Source: Gonapodya sp. JEL0774
Lineage: Eukaryota
Assembly (NCBI GenBank): GCA_027604505.1
Contig: JADIIX010000088.1
Span: 1 to 64,000, forward strand
Direction: 5' to 3'
Length of the DNA: 64,000 nucleotides
Part shown: in pieces, positions 23,949 to 36,727 of the stretch
Numbering within the stretch: position 1 is the stretch's first letter
Layout: each line of letters starts with the position of its first letter
Position numbers and translations under genes: made by a program
Notes under the pieces: generated by a model
What the model saw: the letters and a program-made list of their open reading frames with translations, nothing else
What the model was told of the DNA's origin: nothing
The model's database searches: none

Positions 23949-26900
23949 ATGATCATAATCGACCGCGTGATCCCCGTGGCGATGGGGGTTCATCCAGCAA
24001 CTCAGCTCGATGAATCATCTATGGTCACTATAGCCGGGTCAGACGCTGGTCAGGGCTCTGGAGAGATAGTCCGGTCTCCGTCAGTTGAAGCACCACATAA
24101 TGTGCTCAATGATCCGGTACAGACCAGTTTTGTGGATGCAAGCGGGTCAGCGGATTCTCTGTTTGCAGATGTAGATCTTTTGGCTGGGTTGGGCTTACAG
24201 CATGTCAGAGTCTCCGACCCCGAGCTCCGCCATATTCCGTTGAAAACTCCCCCAGCAGAAGGTGAGCTCATCTCATTCAATTCAATTCAGGAAGCTAAGA
24301 TTTTAAACCAAATAACGTAATGCAGAAATGGATCCTACTTCGAAAAGTTCTCTCATCAGTGGAAGGACTGACACTCAGAGCGCACTTCCGAACCCGATAG
24401 AACCCGTGCTGCCCATGGAGCAGGGACCTTCGCAAGCTGTGCGTCCTGCGGAAGCCACAGTAAGCAACAATGCGGTCACTACCGACGTCAGTAGGAACTC
24501 GCCTGTCCGAATGCCCGGTCTCCGAATGTTCCCAGGCGCCAATCGGCACCAGAATTCACACTCATTCGGAATCCGAAAGACGCGCTTTGACGAATCGGCG
24601 CCATCTGTTAAGACCTCTCCACCTCCTCCGCCTCCTCCGCCACCACCGCTTAATTCGCTCCAATCGTCACCTGTCCGTACAGCACCACAACCCTGGGTGC
24701 CACCCCCCCACAACTTGGATCCAACCTCCCCCATGCAGTTTCGACCCCTTCCTCCTCATTTTGATACTGCATCTGTCGTATCTTCTCAAACTCGAAGCAG
24801 AGCTCCATCCCAAACCAACACACCGTCTTCATCTCCACCACCTCAGCAGGCTTCATCCCGACGCACCTTTGCTGCCATCCTCCCGAGTTTACGAAGCACG
24901 CGCGGCAGTGCTTCTGCGATATCCATATCGAACTCTCCGCTGATGAATCGCCGCAATTCTTCCGTCAAATCGCAACCGACACCGGGGAGCGGCGACTTGT
25001 TCACGCGATTAAAGGAGAAATCTGCTTTGGCGGCAGCTGCTGCCACTGCCATTACGAGGGATTCAGATGGTCGCACCACCGCTGGAGTTGCTGGGGACAA
25101 CGTATCAATGCGTTCTGGAGGGTCGTCCAGTGCAGGTGGTGGCCCTTCCGTCATGTCTGGTCGTGACTCTTTCCGAACGCAAAATTCTCAGGACGTAGGA
25201 GGCAAAGGAAAGAACACCAAACAGTCTTCTGGGAGTTCGCGTCCGATTACATCCAACGCACCATCCAGAGCTTCGTCGGTTGATTTTCCGCCATCAGGTA
25301 CCACCTCGGGGCCCGCTGTAACGGGCGATTGGCACGAAAAAACCACGGGAGTGTCAAACGCAAGTCCTGTCAACCCATCTTCCAACCCACCGGAGCCTCC
25401 GCGCCCTTCATCGTCACCGGAATCTGAACCCCATCAAGTGATACCTCGCTCTCTGACTTATTTTGAGCTGCAAACTCCCCAACCTGCTTCAAGTCAAACT
25501 CCCGATGCACAAGAAATAGAGCAGGGAGATGTGGTTCCGCGTCGCTCACTCGAATCAGGTCGAACTGGTGAAAGTTCCAGCGCGTCCCACGGACATGGCT
25601 CGAAAACGAAGGAACCTGGGTCTAAACACACTATTAGTGGCTTCTTGGCAAAATTGAACATTGGGGGATCCAGCATTGCCAGCCGGGAAGATCTTGCATC
25701 AAAGCGCGGTCCTGTTTCGCTTGCGGTGCCTGGCCAAGGCTCCATGTCGATTACTCTCCCACTAGGTCGCAGTAAAGATCGAGAGCGTGAAAGGGAGAGG
25801 GAAAGGGAACGAGAGCTACGGGGATACGTGAAGGTGGGCGTCCATCACAAAAGATATCGGGAGTTGGACAAGTTGCTCTTTGTGCAAGAACTCAAAGGGA
25901 ACAGCCGCTCGAAGCCGAGTACCAACCGATGGAAAGGTGAGGTGGTGACTGTGAAGGTGAAGGTCAAGGTAACTAGATTCTAGCTCCTCACACTCGACAT
26001 ATTCATCCATCAGGATGGACTCCCCCATCACTTCACAGTAGTACCAGCAGTTTGCATCATTCGCCCATCGAAGGCAATTCTTCTCACCCCATGTCGCTCC
26101 CTCATCTCACAATCACCGGCGACGGAGATCAGAAGTTTGATCCTGCAGAGTCAACACAAAGCAATCACCATTCCAAAGCTGCTTCGGAGAATTCTACAAC
26201 TAAGGGTTCCCACGGGAAAGCGACCGGTTTGCGATTGTCTCTCTCGATTGCCTCACTGGCTGGTGGTGGTGAAAGTCGCTCCCCAAAGTCCGCGCGGTCA
26301 CCTCGCGGTGAGCAATTTCCCTCGCCGAGCTTGCCTGACATTTCCACCTCTCAATCAAAGCCGCCCTCGGAGCCCGTTTATGACTTTACGACACGCGTTC
26401 TTCCAACTGGGAAAGGAGGTGCATTCACAACCTTCGCATTCGCAGAAGATGACCCACACACTTTCCCAATGATGTTTTCTGCCGTTAGTAAGCCTGCCAT
26501 AGATGCAGCAGCTGAAAAGGAGGCTGCAAAGAGACTTGCTGAAGCACAGAGAATTGAGAGAGAAGAGGAGGGAAAGCGTGTGCAGACGGGTGTTGTGAGT
26601 GCTGGTGTGCATTGAATCCCCAGATGTCGGATGTCTTCTCCAATGCTTTCAATATTTTAGGGAGCGATATGGTGCATGCGATTCGCACCAGACGGGCGAT
26701 ATCTAGCCACCGCCGGGGAAGACAAGTTTGTGCGAGTGTGGGCAGCATCTTCGGAAGTAGGTGGGGAGGGTGAAACCATGAGCTTGAGCAGTAGCGCCGG
26801 TGGTAGCTCGTCGGGAATTGCAGGTGCTTCGAGGACTACAGCAAGTCCACCGACAGCCAAGCGAGGAGCATTTCGAAGCAAGAAGGATGGGGACATTTTC

Positions 26901-28244
26901 GGATCTTCCTTTTTCGGACCCAAACAAACGTCGAGGCCACCATCTCCAACTCCGTCGGCATCTGGGTCGATGGAAGGGATTGCTACTGTGAAGTTGCCCC
27001 CCGTATTCCAATCAAAACCACTTCGAATCTATCGCGGACACACGTCTGATGTCCTGGATCTGGCCTTCTCGCATAACGATTTTCTCCTATCCTCTTCTTT
27101 GGATTCCACAGTGCGATTGTGGCACGTCGCAGAAGAAGCCTGCCTAGGTGTATTCCATCACCCGGATGCTGTACCCTCCGTCTGCTTCCATCCAAATGAT
27201 GATAAGTGGTTTGTGAGTGGCTGCTTTGATGGGAAAGTCAGAGTGTGGAACATGCGCAACAAAGAATGTGTAGCGTCGGAGCGCCTGAGGAGTACGGGGC
27301 GTGATACCACTTCAGAAGCTGTCGCAGTCAAAGCAGCTTCGCGGACGGGAGTAAGTGCCGTACCGATGCGCCCATTGCACACAATCTGCACCGCTGTCGG
27401 TATGAGTGCTGACGGAGGAATGGTTATTGCGGGAAGTTTCGATGGACGTCTCACATTCTACGAGTTTCAAGGCCTCCGATACCATACGCAAGTCGAATTG
27501 ACCACCCAAGGAAAGGGAAGCAAGATAACTGGGATACTTGCATACCCGACAACGAGGAAGCTGAACGATGGTTCTGCGGCTCGTGACTCAGCAACCGGCT
27601 ATGTCACTCGAGATCCATCCGGCAACCTTCTGATCTTGGACCACAATCGAACTGGAAAAATACTCATCTCCTCCAACGATCAACGAGTGCGACTTATGTC
27701 ACTAACTGACAAGTCACTGGTGCGAAAGTATCACGGTGCGAAGACTGCGCAAGGTCAAACCAAAGCAGAGTTTGCAGGTGTAGATGCTGAGTGGCTTGTT
27801 GCGGGATCAGATGACGGAAAAGTGTTCGTCTGGAGGTGGGTATTTTGCTGCAGATGTGTCCCATGACTTCTATGAATATTCACCGTGCTCGGCATCCGCC
27901 GACTTGTTAGAACCGACCCTGCGCAAGTTGCAACACCCGGAAGCGTTTTTGGACGTGAAAGGGCTGATCGAACCGAGAGCTATGAAGTTTGGACAGCTAG
28001 TGACTCTCCTATTACAGTTGCACTGGGCGCGCCACCTGGATTGCGGACTCATTTGGAAGATGTGGGTTTGAGAGAGCCACAGGACTTTCGAAAAGCAGGT
28101 GCGGGAGGTATCATAATTGTTTGTGCGGACACGAAGGGAGCCATCAAAGTGTTTGAATGTGAACCCACATTACCCGGTGACGTTGAAAGTGAGGCTTCTG
28201 TTGCAGATAAGCAATCCATGTACAGCCTCGATTTTGCTAAGTAG
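23949..28244 (+). CDS. WD40-repeat protein, WDR44/Dgr2-like, with a long disordered N-terminus
   Basis: RFAPDGRYLATAGED, YRGHTSDVLDLAFS-NDFLLSSSLDSTVRLW, HPDAVPSVCFHPNDDKWFVSGCFDGKVRVWN, ILISSNDQRVRL. The start is uncertain (23949, 23982 or 24328). Confidence 0.85.
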
Positions 28245-28271
28245 TACAGAAAGTCTATCCATGTATTTGTT

Positions 28272-31200
28272 TCAATTCGGAGCGAGGGGATCAATGCCAC
28301 ACCCTAAACCGTCTTTCCGTGCACCGGTGTGACCTTCCAAACTCAAAGAGTTCACGATCTTCAGGCCCCACGGGGGGGCCATATGATGGTCTCTTGGAAT
28401 CAAAAACCTGGGCGGCAGTAGAGATGTTTCGGACGTTGTTGTTTGTTTTCTTGCTCCCAAGAGTCGATGTTGTACGACAGTTCCGTCGCCTGCCACAGAC
28501 GACGAAGATGAGGCATCAGCGTCAAGAAGAGGTGATCGTCTTCCCGCCCCAATCAATGAGTCGATCCCCACTCCTGATGCCGTTCGGTTGGCGCTCCAAA
28601 TGGGAATAGGCATCACAGTTGGGTGTCCGTCAATGTCGTTGGTGAGGTTATCGGCGTATCTTGCCTCGAATTGAAGAAATATCTGTTCCAACACCACGCG
28701 GGCAGTTGTGTACAGTGAAGGTATGGACTCCCATGGAGCAAGCGATTTGGCAAGGGTGGACTCCGTGTCCAATGGTATATCGCTTTCAGACCAACGAAGG
28801 AATTTTGGAATTTGTCACCCCCCACAACGTTTCAATCGAACACTCGCACCTGACGTAGTATATGAAACGCGTATCAACATCAGGGTTCAACAAACCCACT
28901 GGCAAAACGAATCAGAGGCGGATCAGAGTCGGATGAATAAGAATAAGGAGGAAGGAAAGAGGAGGAGAAAAGGGGGAAGGGGAGGAGAAGAAAACTCACT
29001 CTGGATTGCCGTGACAATTCGTCGGGCGAAGTAAGACCCCTCCATTTCTAATCCGACTGCGTGGTAAAATCTCCGATAGTAATGAAGTAGTGGTCGATTT
29101 TGCAGTAGAGTTCCTTCCTGGTTTGTTACCCTTAAATGCACGATCCCCTTCTCCGTCCTATGTACGTATCTCACAACTCACGATTGTCAGTACGGGCCCA
29201 ATATGTACTGTGCGACCAGACATTTTAGCAATTTTCTGAGGGTCCAAACCAGCATTTGTAATGGGCGTGAGAATATCTTTGATGATAATGATGCCCACAA
29301 AAGTGAATGAAGTACTCTCTCGTCAAAGGAAGCATACGCTCACCTTGGGTCTGCAAAAGAACGTGCGTGGGAATTAAGATATCACCTCGCTGGCCAATGA
29401 GGCCACCAGCTTTCCCCAGAACTGTTTACAAACATAAACTTCAGATACCCGATGGTCCTCCAACCGCCACGTTTACCAACCATTAACAGATCGAATGCTA
29501 GTTCTGAACAAAATTATCAGACAGTGGATAATCTGATCAGTGCGGGATGATGTTGTGTAAGAACGATGATCCCCCCCCCCGCCCAAGAGAACCATGCAAC
29601 CAAGCCATACCTCTTCCGCTTGCCGCCCAAAGGCAAAATCGATATTAATGATTAGATGTCGTTTTTGTTTTCGTGAAGTGCCTCGGGAATGCTTGCAGGC
29701 AGGAATATCAACAAACTGGTCGTGCAAATCTGGATTTAGCTTCGATGGGTCAAAGAGCTGGAGACTTATTCCGGTAAACTCCTGCGGTATTTGACCCACC
29801 GGATGTCAATACCACGACAAAATGATGTCGATAAATGCAAACCGAAGTCAAATTGCTCCCACCTCTTCCACAAGAGTCCTTATCCCGGATGACCGCTCAA
29901 CCTCCACCCGTTCCTTCGCCAGTGCTGGATCTCTGAAATAAAATTGTGCTAGGATGTAGAGCAGATCTTGATCCTGCAGGGATGTGCGTGAAAGTTCTAG
30001 CGCGTGTTCCAATCAGAGATCGCCAGTACTTACTCCAACGGGGTTGGCCTCCACGACGTCCTTCTTGTACTTTCTACCCCATCCAAGTATTTCGTCTCGT
30101 CGTGCATGAAGAAACGGCGATAGAATGTTGATAACCGAGTGGGTGTTACTTGAGATAATGTCCACATCTAGGTCGGCCTCCGACCATTCCTAAAAGCATC
30201 GTCAAAGCCATGTTGTGTTTCCCGTCCAGATCTACAAAACAACCCAACCCACTCCCATCAAATCATTCGTAAGAGCCGCAACTTTATCGATCCATGCCTC
30301 CTGAAAATTCGTAGGAGCAGATTGCGGACAGTAAGGTGGGAATTTTCGAAAGACGCGGTTTACACTTTTCGCGTCGCTCACACTGATGTCAGCATCGTAA
30401 CTGTCCAAGGCTCGATCGACGAATACGGAGTAATCTCCATGGTGGAAGACAACATTCCAAACGTTCCACAGGGCGTCGTCGGGCCTAGAAACGCAGAGGG
30501 ATCAGAAAATCACCTCAAATATCGGCACTTGTTTGGGCAGTCATGTAGATCCCAGGTACGGCCACTTACCACATTCTTAAGAGCCCGTCTACATCCACCT
30601 CCCTCAACTTTGAAAACCCGGACAGGACCTCCAACTGCACATCTCTTGGTTCTCGTGTGGGCGCATAGGGTGTAGGCGGGGACGGGTTGGGACCACCTGC
30701 CCCTAAACCTTGCTTCCCATATATCCGGTCCACAGCATCTCTAAGTGCAACGATGGCTTCTGATTCGTAGAGAATCGCGTAACGGAGTTTCTGCAGTTCG
30801 ATTGTGTGAAGGCAGAGGCACGTGGTGAAGTCGAGGAGGTCGGTGGTGGCATCTCTGGTCCGACGAACAGACATAAGTCAGTCAATTATGAGATATCATG
30901 AGGTAACAGCACTCGACGTGGGTGAAGATATCCACACTATACAACCCACCTCAACAAAACGAAAATTTTGCCGTGCATCAAAACGATGGTAGTCCTCCTC
31001 CTCGCCGAGGTCTTCACATTCAACAGCACTGCTCGAGCTCCGAGCTCACTCACTGTTGGTGGCGGCGCGTCTGTGAGACCCGCGGGAGCGATACCAGGGC
31101 CCGGAGGAGCGTCGGCAGATGATGCCAGTGCTGACGCGGAGACGGTACTGACCCTTCCAAGTCCGGCGTTATAGGCTGATGTCACGGATTGGGCGAGCCC

Positions 31201-32530
31201 GTCCGAAAGAGAGTAGGCTTGGTCGAGTATGCCAAGCATCTTTGTTGACATCACGATCGTCGATACGGCCGTGATGTTTGTCGGCAGACGGCGAACAGCG
31301 TAGAGCTGTGATCAGGGGATTGAATTGACGAAGGAATGTGAGATACGATGGATGTGGTGTGGGGTTGAGGGATGTGAGGGCTGATGTGCGGGAAGCGATC
31401 ATGGGGTGACTTACCCACGCGCCTGTGTCGAGTTCTCCATCATTAACGCCGCCATGTACGGCACTACATTGGTTAAGCGCCATTCAGAAGGATTTCGGTT
31501 TTTGCTGGCCCCGAACCCCAAGATCCTCACGGTTTCATTTCTTTGTAATACGAGCACAGGGTCTTGAAATCAATCGTGGCGGAACCTGAATGGGCAGCCA
31601 AATTCGGAGAAAGACCGTCCATATTACCAGAGGCCGTGGGGCTTCGCGACGAGACGGCGAAGAAGAGGTAGGATTGAAATGCGTCGAGTGGGGCGAAGAG
31701 GTGCTGTCGGGTGCGCAGCATGCGAGCGAGGGCCACCTGGGGATTGTAGATATTACGCGGTCAATTCATCGTGTAGATAATGAGCAAGAGAGAAAGTGGG
31801 GATGGAAGGGTGAAGGACCTCACCGAGAATGGCAGCTGGGTCATGACAAGGTCAATAAAGACCTCACCCGGCATGACGAGCAGCACCACGGCAACATCCA
31901 TGCTGGGTATTCGTGAGTGAGCACCCGGAGAGGCTGCTTGTGCCAGAGGTGGTGCGGAAGACCTGGTGCCACCGCCGCTTGCGCTGCGGACTGCCGTGAA
32001 TGTTACCCGTCGAGGTTCGTTGAAGAGAGGTGCCCGGTCGCCGAAGAAGGTACCTGCGCCGAGGAGGGAACCTGCCTTTCTATGGGGTGTTGGAGAGGTT
32101 CAATGGCTGTAATGATTGCATGTACCAAAGAATCGCCTCCACCCGTTTTGTCTTACCCGTCGTGATAGTCACGGTGAACATGGCCTGTGCAAATAATAAA
32201 CACATCTTTTGTAGTGTCACCTACAGAACGGCGAATGCACGAAAATTGGTGGTTTTGTGGATGATGATTGTTCAGTCACTCACCCTTCCGCGCGATTACG
32301 GCTCCAACGGGGTAAGAGACGAGAGAAGAAGCAGATGCAATCTCACTGTGGAAAAGGAATCGCCTGTGTCCAAGCCCTGTCAGCTCAATATTTATCAAAG
32401 TCGCGACTCACCGAAGGAGCGTTCGGGGCAAATATTTAAAGGGTGCAGTCCTGGCAAATGCCGCGCACTTGTATTCTGTTTCTGTAGGAGATGCAATCAT
32501 TGATGGGAGTAGCTCCGGTCCTGCTGGCAT
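28272..32530 (-). CDS. cNMP-binding domain fused to a DUF6909-like (nucleoside phosphorylase/AMP nucleosidase-like) domain; many short exons
   Basis: Spliced reading gives PFKYLP...VIARKGDTTKDVFIICTG...LGAGTFFGDRAPLFNEPRRVTFTAV (CAP/cNMP fold). It continues with DLLDFTTCLCLH, IISSNTHSVIN, IINIDFAFGRQA, VLGKAGGLIGQRGDILIP, GTLLQN...GLEMEGSYF and LYTTARVVLEQIF. Confidence 0.75.
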
Positions 32531-32609
32531 AGTTGTGAGGGGATATTGTGTGCAGCTGTGTGCGAAGACGGCACATGAACCAGTGCAATGCAATCACGCT
32601 GAAACGACG

Positions 32610-35600
32610 ATGCCATTGCCATCAGCGAACACCGATGGTCCCAATGTGGATATCAGGGATTCCGCAGCGCTTGCCCGTCGTGCTCAAACAGTTCTCCGGG
32701 AAGTGTTCTCCTTCCCCGCATTCAGAGGCAGTCAACTGGATACTATCGTCGACGCTTGTCAAGGTATGTCAAACACCCATGTCTCCATTGGTTTCCCCCG
32801 TTTCAAATCTCTATTGCAACTTCCCGCTTTCAATTATCGTGATTTGTCCCCCCTGCACTCAAATCAACTCAAGGAAAGGACACCTTCACCGTGCAAGCCA
32901 CTGGGTCTGGCAAGTCGCTCTGCTACCAGGTTCATATCGGTCACGATTGAGGGCTCTTTTTCTTTTGAATGAGCGATCACTGATTCGCCTTTCATTCTTC
33001 TGTCTCACATGTGTCAGCTACCACCCTTGATCCTTCCCCACACCGTCGCCCTCGTTGTATCCCCTCTAATATCTCTTATGGAAGACCAAATCGCAAAACT
33101 TGACCAGCTTGGCGTACCCGCCTGTATGATTGCGTCAAATCAGTCGGAGTCGGTCAGAAGAGATTCGGAGCTGCGAGCGGTGGAGGGAAAAGCTGCAGTG
33201 GTGTACGTCACGCCAGAGAGAATGTAAGTCTCAAACGTTTAGAGAGTAGTGGGCAGAGTTGTAGTGCTGACAATGCTCAACCGATATACCCCCACCAGCG
33301 CACTGGACGGCTGGTTCCGCCGTTTCGCCGAATCTCTCCGTTGCAATGCGAACATTCGGGGCCGGTGAGTACACGCTCAATCGCACTAGTATTGCACGAT
33401 TCTCCCCGCTCTGTCTCGTTCCCAAAACCCGTGTTCCCAAAATAACTCTCAGGCGCCACACCGTCTCTCTCCTCGCCGTCGACGAAGCTCACTGCGTCTC
33501 TGAATGGGGACACGATTTCCGTCCCCAATACCGCCTCCTCGGCCCCCTTCGCGATACTCTTCCCGATACACACCCTCCAGTCGCCATCATGGCTCTCACA
33601 GCTACCGCCACGCCGCGAGTGCGAGACGAGGTGGTCAAAGAACTGAGACTGAACGGGGAAGTGAGGGTGGGTAGTTTCGATAGAGAAAATCTTTACTACG
33701 AGGTACGGAAGAAGGGTACCGAAAAGGAGCTGATCGATGTGGTGAGGAGGGGCGCGGAGAAGGGTGATGAGGGTGATGGAAAGCAAGGGTGGGAAAGAGG
33801 CGCGACGGTCGTCTATTGTCCAAGTGAGTCGATCACTCTACTGTAGCCTCGGACTTATATATCCCCCGCAAAACCGACCTTCGCCCTTCCTCCCATTCCC
33901 AGCCCGCGATGAAACCGTTGAGATCGCCGCACTCCTCTCCAGCAGTGGCATCCCTTCCCTACCTTACCACGCTGGTCTTCCCTTTCGCGACCGTACCGAA
34001 ACGCAACGTGCATTCGCCTTTTCAAAGTGTAGGGTCGTGGTCGCAACCACGGCGTTTGGAATGGGGATTGATAAAGAAGACGTGAGGCTAGTGGTGCATT
34101 GGGGAGTGGCCAGGGGAGTGGAGCAATATTATCAGCAAACAGGCAGAGGAGGAAGAGATGGTGAGTTAGGACAGTGTAGCTGACGTGTCGGATGTGTTTC
34201 GGGACCCTTTTCACTTTTGTACGACCCACTCCAAGGACTCTTCACCAGGTGTATCCTTTTTTACGACCAGGGAGAGCTCGGCCGGGCCATGGCAGTGGCT
34301 TCTCGAGAATCCCAGCGGGCCAGCACCTTCTTCGCTGATTTTCGCCTCTATGCCACATCCGGCGGTTGCCGCCGGCGGCATCTGCTCCAATACTTTGGAG
34401 AGAAACCTGATTGGTCGGATTGTGGGGGAATGTGCGACTCTTGCGTGGCAGCCGCAGCTGCATCGACGGGATCTGCTAGTGGGGTCACAGCGTCGTCGTT
34501 GCGTCGGGATGTCTCGGCACATGCGTACCTTCTGATTTCTACCGTGAGGGACACTGGGAATCGGTTCGGGATGAGGATGCCCATCGACGTTCTCCGTGGG
34601 AAAGCATCCAAGAGAGTCGAAGATGCCGTACGTGGCCGCGTTGTTCCAGCTGCAGGTAAAGGATCCGGGTTGTCGCAGGAGACGTGGGACTTCCTGTTTG
34701 CGGCGTTACAGAACCAAGGTCTGCTCGAAGCCAAAGCCGTGAACACAATGTCCAAGTTCAGAAATCAGGTGTATCAGGTATCCGCCAAGGGACGATTGTA
34801 CCATGACCATTTCACACGATCTGGCGCTTCCGTTTTGGTCCTGAAAGAGCCGCCACCTGCTACCCCAGTCCTGCCAGCAGGAAGCCCACGGCTGTGGGTG
34901 GACGTGCCCACCTGGTTCATCGAGCAAGAACGTGTCGCAGCGGAAAAGTCTCGTCTGTCGACATCTTCAGACGGGGGACTTCTCGTCCGTGTGACAAAGG
35001 CCATCGCACGCGGGCGCACATCCACAGCAGCATTTAACCTTTCCGCTCAACTCACAGCTGCGGAATTTGAGCTGTTGGCAAAGCTGACGGAAGTGACACG
35101 GGAAATTGCTGAGAGGGAACTCAACGGACTCAACCCGGAATTCGTATTCTCGTCGGTGGTGCTAAGGGGAATCGCAAGGAGGAGACCAGGATCGATTGAG
35201 ACATTCTCAAGGTGCGAGGGTGTGGGACAATATAAGGGCGAAAGGTAAGGTCAATGCACTTGATTGAATGGCGCTTGAAACTCTAACAATAGTTTCTGCT
35301 GGTTTCCAATGGCAGATATGGATCATCATTTGTCCCCGTTATCACACGAGTATCCGAATCATTAAATCTTCCTCTTGACATGAGGCTTCCGGGTGATCCG
35401 GAAGATGAGGTTGACGACGATTCTGATGATGTAACAACAAGGCAACTGCAGATCGAGAATCTTTTTGAGTCAGAAGCGTTTTTGGGCCTTGGTGCCCTTA
35501 CTAAGCAGTACTTCCGCTTATGGTATGACGGTAAAACGATGGAAGGTCGGTGGGTCTGAGTCTGCATCCTGCGATCACGGAACGTTGAGTGTCCAAAATT

Positions 35601-36681
35601 GTGGTCCTCTCCCACTGTAGAAATCGCGAACATGCGCGGTGTGAAAAGTAGCTCCGTCCACGAATCCATTTGCAAGGGAATCGCTTCTTGTGGGGCTCTT
35701 TTCGCACCACACCTAATCGTCTCCCTGTGGGATCGATTCGCAGTCCCCGACAAGAAACGCGATCAGATCGTCCAGGCAATGGAGAATTTGATTAATGATC
35801 CCACAAAAGCGTGGGACGGCGCCAGATTGAGGCCCATAATGGATGAAATTGGGGATTATGAACTAAAAGGAATAACTTACGACGATCTCAAGGTAACCAG
35901 GCTGTGGTGGCTTGCGGATCGGGTGTCCCGTGATAAGGAAGTGACTGGAAAGAGGAAGAGACCCCAAGAGGAGGATGGTCGAGGATTGGAATATCAAGGA
36001 AGTCAATCAGCTAGTCCACCGGCCCTCGATGCCACCGAAGCGAAGAAGCCAAAGCTTCTTCCAGCTTCTTCCTCAGCTGAGAAGAGACCACCGTTAGGCG
36101 GTTCGTGGCAGAATATGATACCTTCGCCGAACGAGCCCATAAAGAATGTACGGTCATCTGCGTCGACAGGCATCCGGGTATCCCTTCCCCCTTCGTCCAC
36201 CCCCAGCTCAGACGACACCGTCCTGAACTTTGAAACAAGGGAACCACCGACCTTTGCCTCAGTATCCGATTTCGTGTTCTCGGTAAAGCCCGCGGCTTGC
36301 GGAAATGACCCGGACATGAAGGAGTATAGAGTGAGCTTGCAGGCGACCATTCAAATCCCCAAAGAAAGTTCAACAGGTGGTACGTTGGATAAAAACACAA
36401 TGGAGACCTTATTATTAAATGCTATGAAGGGCCACCTCGCTGGACAAGACTGGGTCTCCAACACCCAACCTGCATCACCCACTGTTCCAAAATTCGCGAA
36501 CGACCTCCCTCTTCGAATTTGTGATACATTGCGGTCAAGAGGAAGTTGCACCGTGGACGAGTTGACGAAGATACTCAACACAGATGAGGCCGACATTCGC
36601 AGGGAGCTGACAGCACTGCAAGACAACTATGATGTTTGGAGCCAGCTCAATGGAACGTCTACGCATTGGAAACTTTTGTAA
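32610..36681 (+). CDS. RecQ-family ATP-dependent DNA helicase with RQC, HRDC and C-terminal HTH domains
   Basis: ATGSGKSLCYQ, VVSPLISLMEDQ, AVDEAHCVSEWGHDFRP, ALTATAT, VATTAFGMGIDK, QQTGRGGRDG, CRRRHLLQYFGE..C..CDSC. Confidence 0.92.
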
Positions 36682-36727
36682 TTCGAACTGCACATTCATA
36701 ATATAATAATAACGCTACAAGATTCAC

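Noticed and set aside
25779..25816. GA-rich microsatellite-like tract, and the GGATCC x3 repeat near 50174-50191
   Set aside because: These are ordinary coding low complexity (RERERE and GSGSGS).
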